Positions 42,587 to 52,027 of a stretch of DNA of 64,000 nt are shown here, piece by piece. The notes below the pieces were generated by a model. That model saw nothing but the letters and a program-made list of their open reading frames with translations. It was not told the origin of the DNA and did no database searches. The stretch spans positions 727,478 to 791,477 of the forward strand of contig JACPSJ010000001.1 in assembly GCA_016193315.1 (NCBI GenBank), in the 5' to 3' direction. A program made the position numbers and the translations under genes. The DNA is from Candidatus Kerfeldbacteria bacterium (GTDB taxonomy: Bacteria > Patescibacteriota > Patescibacteriia > SBBC01 > CAIJZX01). How positions within the stretch are numbered: the stretch's first letter is position 1; each line of letters opens with the position of its first letter.

Positions 42587-43393
42587 ATGGCTGCCTGGGC
42601 CCATGTCCTGGTTGCCCTCTTCGTCGTCGTCGTCATCGCTATTGCGTTGGCCCTTGGTATCGAGCGGTCGGTGTACCGACTCGTCCGAGTCGTCGGCCGC
42701 CTCTTCGATCTCGCTTGGCGGCTGATGATGACCGTCCTGGAGTTCCTGGCCCGCCTCGGTCACCGGTTGCGGGCGTTCGTCTACCGGCTCGAGCCGCTGA
42801 CGGACTATCTGCCCTTCGGGGCCGACACGCAGACGGCTCTCCGTGGACTGCTGATGGTTGGCGTCGCCATGCTCATCGCCGAACGTCGTTTTCCCTTGGC
42901 CCTGACCATTTTCATTCCGGCCTGGATGCTCGACTTCACCGATGGCATGACGGCCAAGCGTCGCGGACCAACGCGGATCGGGAAGTATCTCGATCCAGCC
43001 ATCGACATCCCGTCGATTGTGCTGCTCGCTTCGTTGCTGTGGCCATACTACCACCGGCAGTGGCTGGTCCTGGCGGCCGGGGCGCTGGCCATCTTCCGGG
43101 TCCTGCTGTTCGGACTGTACCACCTGGTGTTGGCTAAGCGCATCGGTCTCGGCATCCTGCCGAGTCACATCGGCGGACAGACGAAGATGTGGTTCATTGC
43201 CATCAGTTTTGGTCTGATACTACTCAACCCCCGGTCGTCGGCTACGGTTCGGTGGGCCGAAGTGTGTCTGTCAGTGGCTAACGCTCTCGAGGCCTTAGCG
43301 CTGATCGGCCTGGGCCGACGCGTCGTCCAAGGCCGGACCAGCCGCCAAGCGAAAACCCGTCCTGAGCAGCAAGTGCCGCGGACGGGAACCTAG
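42587..43393 (+). CDS. CDP-alcohol phosphatidyltransferase family protein
   Basis: Signature DFTDGMTAKRRGPTRIGKYLDPAIDI (D-x2-DG-x2-AR-x8-G-x3-D-x3-D). Multiple TM helices. GAGGAGG RBS before the ATG. Confidence 0.75.
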   Translation: MAAWAHVLVALFVVVVIAIALALGIERSVYRLVRVVGRLFDLAWRLMMTVLEFLARLGHRLRAFVYRLEPLTDYLPFGADTQTALRGLLMVGVAMLIAERRFPLALTIFIPAWMLDFTDGMTAKRRGPTRIGKYLDPAIDIPSIVLLASLLWPYYHRQWLVLAAGALAIFRVLLFGLYHLVLAKRIGLGILPSHIGGQTKMWFIAISFGLILLNPRSSATVRWAEVCLSVANALEALALIGLGRRVVQGRTSRQAKTRPEQQVPRTGT

Positions 43394-43421
43394 CTACCAC
43401 TCGCCGCCGGGCGAGTGTTTC

Positions 43422-45539
43422 TTATTCTTCGGCCGCCGCCACTGTCCCCTCTCCCGCGGCCTGTGGATCATTAGGGACATCGGTCGTCAGCGACGGTTGG
43501 CTGACCTCCAGCGTGCGGCCAGAGAAGCTGTCCGTCGCTTTGGCCGCGGCCGTATTCGTCAGCACCACGGAATTTCCCACCTGAGTATCGTTGGGGGTGA
43601 TGGAAACTTCAAAGTAAGCAACCAACGTTGGCAAGCGCGACCCAGTCCCGGGCGGCACCTTGTTGAGCGTCCAGCTGACCGTCCGCTCGTCGGGGTCGAT
43701 GCGAATATCGCCGGCATCGCGACCGATATTCTTCCCGGTCCAGAAAACGTGGGTTGGGAGGGCGGCCGTGACTACCATGTTCGCCGCCTCACTGGTCGTG
43801 TTGGTCACCCGCCAGAAAATCCGGTAACTCGTGGTTTGGCCGACCACCGGCGGGACGGGGCCCTGTCCGTAGGCCGAGCCCTCATCACTATAGTACCGAG
43901 CTTCGGCTTGGAAACCGAAGGTGGTTACGATCTTGGTCGTAAATTCAATCGGGGGCGTTCCCTCAGCCGGAGTCGGCAGTGTCGGCGAAGAGACTGCCAC
44001 CCGGGCCACCACCCGCTGGTTCACATCATCGTCGCTGTCAACAGTTAGGCTAGCCACGGTCCCGACCGCCAACCGAATAGTCACATCCTGCCCGGGCTTG
44101 AGCAGCTCCAGACCGAGAACCTGATCCTTGGTCCAGGTCAAACTGCGATTGTCAACCTTGGCCTTGGCTGGGTTTTCTAGCTCAGTCAGGTCGAGGGCCG
44201 CACCATCAAGGGTCACGGTCGCAGCGATGTCGCTGATTTCCACGTCGCTCTCGTTGGCAATACGAATCGTGTAATTAAGGGAAGTTCCGAGTTCCGCCAC
44301 GCTTAACTCTGTTTGACCGTTGACTGCGACCGAGGTGGTCAGACCGGTATTCACCAAGATGACTAAGATAGCTTGCTCCGCCTGGAGATCAATTGTATTG
44401 GTGGCTGTCACCAGGCCAGCTCTGGCCGTCAATTCAAAGGTGTCACCCACATCACCGACCATCGATCCGGTGACGGTAATCGTGCCTTTGGTGTCCTGGG
44501 CGATCGAGTCCAGCCGCCAGACACCGGTGCCAGTTCGCGATTCCGGGCCGGTGGCTGGGTTCGTCCCCGTCACCTCCAAGCCATCAGGGTAGACCGCTTC
44601 GATTTGCACGTTGGCCAAATCACGGTTAGCCGTGTTGGCGTAGCCGATGGTCCACGCGCCGCTGGCGCCGGGGGCCAATTTCTTCGGTCCGTCGAGCGTC
44701 AGAGTGAGGATCGAAGAAGTAATTTTGGTCTTGGCCTCGGCCGTCGTCTGGAATTCGGAGTTGAAATTGGCTGGTCGGTAGGCCAAGGTGGCGCTAAACG
44801 CCCGCGCGGTGTTGACCGAGCCAAAAATAGTGCCTTTGATCGTCATCGTCGCCACCCGGCCACTGGCAATCGTCCCGAGATCGAAGGCGTTCTGGAAATC
44901 ATTCGTGCTGGCACGGCTCGTTTCTTGCACCGTAAAACCTTCCGGATACTCGATGGTTAGTTCCGCCCGCACGAGGTTGACTGGTTCGAGGTTCTGGTAC
45001 TTCGCGGTCAGCACAATATCGTCCCCCGAGGCCACCTCGGCCGGCGCTTCAAGTTCGAGTTGGACGCTGGCGCCGCTGAATTGGTTGGTCCGGTTAAAAA
45101 CGAAAAAACCGCCGACCGCTGCCAGGGACAAAACCGTCAGCGAGCCGATTACCCAGCCCCACGGGAATGGCCGTCCGCGGCTGCGTTCGAGCCGGCCCAT
45201 GCCCACTGGGGGGGAAGGTGGGGGGGCGCCATGTAGGACCGGCTCCAGTCCGCCGGAATCTAGTTTCTCGTCAGCTCGAGGCTGAGGCTCAGCCGCCGCA
45301 TCGCCGACGGCGACCGGCACTTTCCGACCTGATCCCATACGCTTTGTTGTCCGGCCTCGACCTTCGGGCGGCGAGCCTTCGGCTGGCTCAACTTCGGGGT
45401 GGTCGAGATCAGCCAAGAACGCCGAGACGTCGGCGTTTGAGTATTTTGCTGATGCCGGTCGACGAGCGCTCACGGTGCTTTTTGGTTTCGCCATGACCAC
45501 TAGTCTAACCCGAAACGGCGGCCCCTGACAACCGCTCAA
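43422..45539 (-). CDS. large membrane-anchored surface protein with DUF11/CARDB-like beta-sandwich repeats
   Basis: 705 aa. N-terminal low-complexity cytoplasmic tail, single TM (WGWVIGSLTVLSLAAVGGFFVF), then repeated T/V/S-rich Ig-like segments. Confidence 0.5.
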   Translation of the reverse strand: MSGCQGPPFRVRLVVMAKPKSTVSARRPASAKYSNADVSAFLADLDHPEVEPAEGSPPEGRGRTTKRMGSGRKVPVAVGDAAAEPQPRADEKLDSGGLEPVLHGAPPPSPPVGMGRLERSRGRPFPWGWVIGSLTVLSLAAVGGFFVFNRTNQFSGASVQLELEAPAEVASGDDIVLTAKYQNLEPVNLVRAELTIEYPEGFTVQETSRASTNDFQNAFDLGTIASGRVATMTIKGTIFGSVNTARAFSATLAYRPANFNSEFQTTAEAKTKITSSILTLTLDGPKKLAPGASGAWTIGYANTANRDLANVQIEAVYPDGLEVTGTNPATGPESRTGTGVWRLDSIAQDTKGTITVTGSMVGDVGDTFELTARAGLVTATNTIDLQAEQAILVILVNTGLTTSVAVNGQTELSVAELGTSLNYTIRIANESDVEISDIAATVTLDGAALDLTELENPAKAKVDNRSLTWTKDQVLGLELLKPGQDVTIRLAVGTVASLTVDSDDDVNQRVVARVAVSSPTLPTPAEGTPPIEFTTKIVTTFGFQAEARYYSDEGSAYGQGPVPPVVGQTTSYRIFWRVTNTTSEAANMVVTAALPTHVFWTGKNIGRDAGDIRIDPDERTVSWTLNKVPPGTGSRLPTLVAYFEVSITPNDTQVGNSVVLTNTAAAKATDSFSGRTLEVSQPSLTTDVPNDPQAAGEGTVAAAEE

Positions 45540-46302
45540 AACGCATCACTGACTGGAGAACCTGGTCGCTCTGCAATGGTCGATCAAGCGTTTGTTCTAT
45601 CACCAGCCGCAGCAGCTGACGGACCTGACGAAAAATCTGTCGCTGATCATTCGGCTGACCTTCGTTCCGGAGGTAGTCGACGGTGTCCGTCGAAAGAGCC
45701 ATGTATCCAGCCTGGGCCTCAGCCCGATGGACGAATCCATGGAGCGGCTGGAAGACCAGGTCATCAGCCGACAACGGACGATGGCAAAAACCACATCGCT
45801 CAAGTGATGGCGCAAACCCTTCGTGCTGTAGAATCTGCCAGGCCCGGCGAAGAAGAAGCAGCCATCGACGTCCGCTTGACCATACAATCTCGCCGGTCAT
45901 TGCTTCGAGCATCTGCACGACCAGCGGGTACAGGCCGGGTTCCGGCTGGTTCGGTTTCGTCACGCGCTCGACGAGTTCAAACAGCCACTGCGCACTGACC
46001 AAGGCGATGAGGTCTGATCGCAGCCTTGGCCATCGTCGCCGGATGATGCTGCCGGTGACCACGTCGACCACCCGACCATTGGCCACCATCATGTCGACTT
46101 CCATCAGCGGCTCAAGTGACCCGCCGAGTTTGGAAATGCTCTTCTTCGTGCCGCGGGCGCGAATCTGCTGCTGGCCGAGATTCGGTGTCAAAACCACCAA
46201 TTGCCGGTCGTGTTCGCGATCGTCCGTGTGCCGGAGAATGAGCGCTTTGGTGCGGATGACAGTGGACACGATGTCCAGTATACCACGGGTTCTTGACACC
46301 AA
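45505..46302 (-). CDS. recO: DNA repair protein RecO
   Basis: OB-fold N-terminus, CGFCHRP zinc motif, 265 aa. Confidence 0.7.
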   Translation of the reverse strand: MVSRTRGILDIVSTVIRTKALILRHTDDREHDRQLVVLTPNLGQQQIRARGTKKSISKLGGSLEPLMEVDMMVANGRVVDVVTGSIIRRRWPRLRSDLIALVSAQWLFELVERVTKPNQPEPGLYPLVVQMLEAMTGEIVWSSGRRWLLLLRRAWQILQHEGFAPSLERCGFCHRPLSADDLVFQPLHGFVHRAEAQAGYMALSTDTVDYLRNEGQPNDQRQIFRQVRQLLRLVIEQTLDRPLQSDQVLQSVMRFERLSGAAVSG

Positions 46303-46394
46303 TGCTGGGCCTGGGTAGGCTCCGATCAGCCCATCACATGGTCAGTCGAAACGCGACTGATCGAGGTGGGAAGCTCTTTTCATGAGGTGGAATC

Positions 46395-47708
46395 ATGGCT
46401 CGAATCTTCAGCACCAGCGACGCCGAACGCGGTCAGCTCATGGGCCTCCTGGGTGAGGCGATCCGGCGCATGACCGAGGGGTCAGTCCCACACGAAATCA
46501 TGGATCAAGCCTTGCGGTCGGTCGCGTTCTGGAAGTTGCCGTGTGTTGTCAGGCCACTTGTGCCTGGCTATGGATCACGGCTGTTGGATGGTCACCCGGA
46601 TCTTTACGCCACACCGAACGGGGTCATCTACCAATCTGGTGGCTCCATCATGCTGAGTGAGTGGAATCGCCCTGATCCGTGTATCCTGTGCTCCGTCCGG
46701 GATCTCATCGAAGCTTCAAAACAATTCTGCGTTATCCCCAAAAACGATGGCGTGGTCGTCGCCGAGGAAGGCCGGATCGTCTTCTGCCGTGAACACCTGG
46801 ATATCCGCCTGTACGACGGACCTGGCGCAGTCCACAACGCCTATGACCACCCCGACGGAGTCGCCCTAGTCACGGATCAGGACGTATTGATCCTGACGCT
46901 CGACGCGGTAAACCGGTACGAGTTCCGAAGGGTCGACCCCCATGAAGGATCCACCTGGAAATCCAGTGCCACCTGGCTGGTCGAGCAGGATGGCGGCGTA
47001 TTCCACTGCTATGGACGGCGGGGAATATATCACTCGCTGGTGATCGGCCACGTGGATTTTTGGCAGCCGCACGCCCGTGGCATCGTCTTCCGGCGAGAAA
47101 GGTCGTTCTTCCTGGTCAGGCCAGAAGACCTGAGCCAGGTCGAGCTTTTCACGGGCGACTTCAGCCCGCTCTGGGACCGTCGCCACCAGAAGGAAGTGGA
47201 CTTTCTCTGCTTGCCCCAGGGGATTATCATCAATGCCCGGTGGGAAGGCGGCTGCGCGCTGCTGTACTGCGATAAAAACGGGCAACGGCCGATCGTAACC
47301 GGCGAACATTTCCTCGGTACCGCCGAAGTGGACGTCGATCCGAATGGGTACGTCGTCTACAAACGCGATGGGCTCCATCGGGTCATCCCCGGTCAGTGGC
47401 CGAACCGAAGCTGCCGGCCGGTGCCCCAGTCTCGGCCACCGAACCTCCCGCACCTCAACCCGCCTGACCCCAGGCGGTTTTTTATTCCGACGTTGCGTCG
47501 GAATAACCCTGAGCGCGACTCGCGCGAAGGGTCTCCGTTTCCAACGGTTTTGACAAGTCTTGTTTCCGGCCGTAGACTTGCTCACGTCACGATGGCTGTA
47601 CTTTCCCCTTTCCAGGAGGAGCGTCATGGGATCCGAAATATTGCATATGACGGATGGTGTCTACCTTTCCACCGCCGAGGCGGCCCGACGCTTGGACGTC
47701 AGTCCTAG
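46395..47708 (+). CDS. hypothetical protein
   Basis: 437-aa ORF with protein-like composition for ~340 aa. The C-terminal ~90 codons are low-complexity and overlap a predicted promoter, so the true 3' end is uncertain. Confidence 0.4.
   Translation: MARIFSTSDAERGQLMGLLGEAIRRMTEGSVPHEIMDQALRSVAFWKLPCVVRPLVPGYGSRLLDGHPDLYATPNGVIYQSGGSIMLSEWNRPDPCILCSVRDLIEASKQFCVIPKNDGVVVAEEGRIVFCREHLDIRLYDGPGAVHNAYDHPDGVALVTDQDVLILTLDAVNRYEFRRVDPHEGSTWKSSATWLVEQDGGVFHCYGRRGIYHSLVIGHVDFWQPHARGIVFRRERSFFLVRPEDLSQVELFTGDFSPLWDRRHQKEVDFLCLPQGIIINARWEGGCALLYCDKNGQRPIVTGEHFLGTAEVDVDPNGYVVYKRDGLHRVIPGQWPNRSCRPVPQSRPPNLPHLNPPDPRRFFIPTLRRNNPERDSREGSPFPTVLTSLVSGRRLAHVTMAVLSPFQEERHGIRNIAYDGWCLPFHRRGGPTLGRQS
47551..47579 (+). 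promoter_or_regulatory. sigma70-like promoter (TTGACA-17-TAGACT)
   Basis: ttgaca agtcttgtttccggccg tagact. ~45 nt upstream of the AGGAGG + ATG of the HTH gene. Confidence 0.4.
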
Positions 47709-47895
47709 CACGGTCCGTCGCTGGATCCACCGCGTTCGAAGCCGGAGCCGGAAGTGCCCGCCAGTCTTGAAGCTGCTCAAGATCACGTACCTTCGATACG
47801 TGGAGAGTGATCATCGGGAATGGTACCTGGAACGCGAATCCGTAGCCGCCCTCAAGCGCGCCCTCCGTGCTCGCGTTCGCGCCCCGGCCAAATGA
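47626..47895 (+). CDS. helix-turn-helix DNA-binding protein (MerR/excisionase-like HTH)
   Basis: AGGAGG RBS 6 nt before the ATG. LSTAEAARRLDVSPSTVRRWIHR HTH. 89 aa. Confidence 0.55.
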   Translation: MGSEILHMTDGVYLSTAEAARRLDVSPSTVRRWIHRVRSRSRKCPPVLKLLKITYLRYVESDHREWYLERESVAALKRALRARVRAPAK

Positions 47896-47913
47896 TACGG
47901 CGGGGTTTTTCTT

Positions 47914-50900
47914 TTAGGCCCGCGCTAAACCAATATCGGCTTTTTTACCGTCCAGCTCGATGGTGGTTTTGTGGCTGACTCCGTCGAGACTCGGCGACGC
48001 GGTTTTCGCCCGAACCTCTGGCAAAATTCGCTGGGCGTACCGCTCCACCACCTGACCGGCCAACGTTTTAGGCTGCACATACAGGACGATTTGATCGGCC
48101 GGCTTCAGGCCGGCAGTTTTTCGCAAGGCGTTGATCTCACGCACCAGATCACGAACCATCCCCTCTTCTTTTAGTTCATCGCTGACCGTCGTGTCGAGCG
48201 CCACTCGATCAGACGACATCCATTCCTTGCCGGACGGCAGCGACTCGGCCACGTGAATCTCTTTGACGTTCAGTTCTTCACGCACGATCGAATCAAGGTC
48301 AGGCCGGAGCGCGGCCGTCATCACCAATTGCGCCAGCGGTTGTCGTACTTTCAAGCCGGCTTTGGCCCGCAGCGCATGGCCTTGCTCAACGATCTGCTTG
48401 GCCAGCGCCATGTCGCTCAGCAGCCGCGCGTCAATTTCGCCGACCGATGGCCAGTCTTCGAGGTGGACAGATTCTTTGTCACCGCCAACAACGTGGTACA
48501 CATGCTCCGCCAAAAATGGGATGAACGGAGCCATCAGTTTCGACAACTTCCGGAGCACGTGCTGCAGTACGACGCTGGCCACTTGCATTTCATCCGACTT
48601 GAATCGATCCCGGCTCCGCCGGACATACCAGGTTGAAAGATCGGTCACGAACGCGCCAATGGCTCGCGCCGCGCCGGTAATGTCATAGTGCTCTAGACGC
48701 TTGGTCACGTCTTTCGTCAGGACATTGACCATCGAATGAACCCAGCGGTCGAGCGGGTGGTTCGCCCGACCAACATTCGTAGATTCGTAGCTCCTATTCG
48801 TAGGTTCGTAGTTTTTATTTGTAGATTCGTAGAGTTGCCAAAAACTGACTACGTTCATCAAAATCAAGAATGTTTTCTTCACCCCTTCGCCAACAATCTT
48901 CGGGTCAAAGTTTTTCGTGTCCCACGGCTGGTTGGCCGTGTACATGAACCAGCGCAGAGCATCAGCGCCGTGCTTGGCAAACAGCTCGTCCAGATCACCG
49001 TAGTTCTTTAGCGATTTTGACAACTTTCGACCTTGGGTGTCGTTCAGGTGGCCGAGCACCAGGACGTGCCGGTACGATGATTCCTTCACCGCGCCGGCGC
49101 GCTGGAGCAAGGTGCTGATCGCCAACAAGGTATAGAACCAGCCACGCGTTTGATCGATCGCTTCGGAAATGTAGTGGGCTGGATAGCTTCCGGCACCGTC
49201 GATCTGGTTCTTGTGCTCGAACGGGTAGTGCCACTGGGCAAACGGCATGGCGCCGGAGTCGAACCAGGCGTCGGCCACCTCCGGAACACGTTTCATGGTG
49301 CCGTGGTGACATTGCGGGCATGACCATGCCAGACCATCAATAAAGGGCCGGTGGGGATCGAAACTGCCATCCGACTGGAATACCGTGGCCGGAAATTTCA
49401 ATTCGATCGGCCGGCCGTTTGGCACGTCCTCCAGTCGGGTTATGGTCGGCGCCGGCTGCAGGGATAAAGCCCACTCCGTCACCAGAATCGGGTCGGCGTG
49501 GGTGACGATGACAAAGGTTTTTCCTTCGTGCTTGGCATCGAGTTCGCGCAGAAAACTGAGCATCCGCTGACGAATGTCGGTCCACGTTTCTCCCCCGGGT
49601 GGTGCGTCGTGCACCCGTTTCGAACGATCACCGAACGTGGCGTGGAATTCGGCAATCGTTTTTCCTTCAAAAACTGGTCCGATGTGGTACTCGTTGATCC
49701 GTTTGTCCTCGGTCACGGCGATGCCCAGCTCTTGACCAATAATTTCAGCCGTTTGCCTGGCCCGGAGAAACTGTGAGGAGTAGATGGCGTCAATCTTTTC
49801 CGGCTCCAATTTCTGCGCTCCGCGTTGGGCTTGTTTTCTCCCCGACTCAGTCAGGGGACACAAATTTTTGTTGGCTGGTTCGGTGTTGAGCGTATTGTTC
49901 TCGTTGTTCGTGGATCCGCCGTGTCTGACGAAGAAATAGCGATTCCTGGTCGGTAGCCGATCGAGTAAGTCTTGGTAACTGCCGAGGCACTCCTGGTGCC
50001 CACACTGATCACATCGCCAGATCGGCAGCGGCGTCCCCCAGAAGCGCTCGCGCGAAACAGCCCAATCCTTCACCTCTCGCAACCACTCCCCAAAGCGTCC
50101 GGCTTTAATGTGCGCCGGGTGCCAATTGATTTTATTATTGTTCGCGATCAGTTGATCGCGTAGCTTCGACATCTGAATGAACCACGACGTTTTGGCGTAG
50201 TACAGGAGCGGATGTTTGCAGCGCCAGCAGAATGGATAATCGTGGGTGTAGTTCTCAATCTTGTACAACTTGTGATGCTTCTCCAGCCAGTCAACAATCT
50301 TCTTTTGCGTCTGACCTTTGGCATCGCGAACCTCCAAACCAGCCCACGGCTTTACCAACTCGTCGAACTTTCCTTGCAAATCGACGGTGTGGATCGTGGG
50401 CAAGTCAAGTTTCTTCCCCAATTGAAAATCATCTTCGCCGTACATGACTGCGGTGTGGACGACGCCGGTGCCTTCGTCGGTGGTGACGAAGTCGGCGGGC
50501 ACAATAGAATAGGCGTGTTCGTATTCCTGAGCCCACCGGCGAAGAATCTCTGGTGCCGTAAGGCCGGTCGGTTCCAGAGACCCTTCGCTTCGCCGCGGGC
50601 TTCGCTCAGGGATACGGCTCTTCCCTACTTCACGCAAATCCAGAAAATCAAACAGCGGCTTGTATTTCTTCCCGACCAGTGCGGCACCGGAAACGGTTTT
50701 TGCCACCTGCTCCTTCCTGAATCCTAAATCCGGCATTCGGTTCTCGGCCAAAATGTAGTACTCGTCGCCGCGCCGAACCCGGGCATACCGAATCTTTGGA
50801 TCCACAGCTAGCGCCACGTTCCCCGGCAGCGTCCACGGCGTCGTCGTCCAGGCCAGCACAAACGTTCTCGGTTCATCAACTAGTTCGAATTTCACATACG

Positions 50901-51501
50901 CTGCTGGCTCGGTTATCCGTTCGTACCCTTGGGCGACTTCATGACTCGACAGGGCCGTACCGCACCGCGGGCAATACGGCACGACTTTGTAATCCTGAAC
51001 CAACAGTTTCTGATCCCAAATCTGCCTGAAAATCCACCATAGTGTTTCAATGTATTCCGGCTGATAGGTGATGTACGGGTGCTCGAGATCGAGCCAGAAC
51101 CCCACGCGCCTGGTCATCTTCTCCCACAAGTCTTTGTACTTCCACACCGATGCCTTGGCCTGGGCATTGAACCTCTCGATGCCGTACTTCTCGATATCTT
51201 TCTTGCCGGAGATGCCGAGTTCTTTTTCGACTTCTATTTCAACCGGCAGCCCGTGCGTGTCCCAGCCGGCTTTGCGCTCGACACGATAGCCCTGCATCGT
51301 TTTGAATCGCGGAATGATGTCCTTGAACGCCCGGGTTTCAACGTGCCCGATGTGCGGGATGCCGTTGGCCGTTGGTGGTCCGTCGTAGAATACAAAGTCT
51401 CCTTTCGGTGAGGGTTTCGCTAGCGTTTTCTTGAAGATGTCTTGGGCTTCCCAATCCTTGAGAATCTGTTCCTCGAGTTCGGGAAATTTGGGGATGGGCA
51501 T
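47914..51501 (-). CDS. ileS: isoleucine--tRNA ligase with inserted histidine-phosphatase (phosphoglycerate-mutase-family) domain
   Basis: HIGH (PHIGH), KMSKS (KLSKS), CP1 editing domain and C-terminal anticodon-binding region. 1195 aa, versus ~940 aa typical. In-frame insertion at aa ~497-731 carrying RHG and downstream catalytic His of the PGAM/histidine-phosphatase fold (motifs in findings), bracketed by two CxxC pairs. Confidence 0.9.
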   Translation of the reverse strand: MPIPKFPELEEQILKDWEAQDIFKKTLAKPSPKGDFVFYDGPPTANGIPHIGHVETRAFKDIIPRFKTMQGYRVERKAGWDTHGLPVEIEVEKELGISGKKDIEKYGIERFNAQAKASVWKYKDLWEKMTRRVGFWLDLEHPYITYQPEYIETLWWIFRQIWDQKLLVQDYKVVPYCPRCGTALSSHEVAQGYERITEPAAYVKFELVDEPRTFVLAWTTTPWTLPGNVALAVDPKIRYARVRRGDEYYILAENRMPDLGFRKEQVAKTVSGAALVGKKYKPLFDFLDLREVGKSRIPERSPRRSEGSLEPTGLTAPEILRRWAQEYEHAYSIVPADFVTTDEGTGVVHTAVMYGEDDFQLGKKLDLPTIHTVDLQGKFDELVKPWAGLEVRDAKGQTQKKIVDWLEKHHKLYKIENYTHDYPFCWRCKHPLLYYAKTSWFIQMSKLRDQLIANNNKINWHPAHIKAGRFGEWLREVKDWAVSRERFWGTPLPIWRCDQCGHQECLGSYQDLLDRLPTRNRYFFVRHGGSTNNENNTLNTEPANKNLCPLTESGRKQAQRGAQKLEPEKIDAIYSSQFLRARQTAEIIGQELGIAVTEDKRINEYHIGPVFEGKTIAEFHATFGDRSKRVHDAPPGGETWTDIRQRMLSFLRELDAKHEGKTFVIVTHADPILVTEWALSLQPAPTITRLEDVPNGRPIELKFPATVFQSDGSFDPHRPFIDGLAWSCPQCHHGTMKRVPEVADAWFDSGAMPFAQWHYPFEHKNQIDGAGSYPAHYISEAIDQTRGWFYTLLAISTLLQRAGAVKESSYRHVLVLGHLNDTQGRKLSKSLKNYGDLDELFAKHGADALRWFMYTANQPWDTKNFDPKIVGEGVKKTFLILMNVVSFWQLYESTNKNYEPTNRSYESTNVGRANHPLDRWVHSMVNVLTKDVTKRLEHYDITGAARAIGAFVTDLSTWYVRRSRDRFKSDEMQVASVVLQHVLRKLSKLMAPFIPFLAEHVYHVVGGDKESVHLEDWPSVGEIDARLLSDMALAKQIVEQGHALRAKAGLKVRQPLAQLVMTAALRPDLDSIVREELNVKEIHVAESLPSGKEWMSSDRVALDTTVSDELKEEGMVRDLVREINALRKTAGLKPADQIVLYVQPKTLAGQVVERYAQRILPEVRAKTASPSLDGVSHKTTIELDGKKADIGLARA

Positions 51502-51606
51502 AAGAAAATCCAGTCAGATTCAGCGATCCGACCTCCTACTCCCAACGTCTGACCTCTGAATTGCGATATATCAGATCGCCCTTCTATTGTACCCCCAAAC
51601 GAGGTG

Positions 51607-51942
51607 CTAGTCAAAAAAAGCTTTCCCGACTACGAGGGCGATAATCAACGTCATGCACCCAATGAAATACCCCACACCACCGGTGAGAATAGCTTTGGGC
51701 CACCTTTGCTTGGATCGGTGCGGGGGTTGAAGCGATGAGGATGAATCAGAATGCACCGGCCTTCCGAAGGCGCTCCGACCCAAGCACCACAGTACCAGAA
51801 CAAATAGCGTCGCGGTCCAAATGATAACCACGGGGAACAGGACATCATAGAGAAACGACCACATGGCAAGTACCGATGTGGCACCAATGAGCCACGAAGC
51901 TGGTGCAACTCGCTTGTCGGAAAGCACACTAATCACTATCAT
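51607..51942 (-). CDS. hypothetical membrane protein
   Basis: 111 aa, three hydrophobic helices. Confidence 0.35.
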   Translation of the reverse strand: MIVISVLSDKRVAPASWLIGATSVLAMWSFLYDVLFPVVIIWTATLFVLVLWCLGRSAFGRPVHSDSSSSLQPPHRSKQRWPKAILTGGVGYFIGCMTLIIALVVGKAFFD

Positions 51943-52027
51943 GGTAGATCGATCGTATTAAGTTTTTTCGACTTAGTCAATCCACAACTGATGACAAGAA
52001 AAATCCCAACTTCTTTCGAAGTCGGGT

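Noticed and set aside
46866-47627. 253-aa minus-strand ORF
   Set aside because: Antisense to the longer 437-aa plus ORF, with no RBS. Kept only as an alternative if the plus ORF proves spurious.
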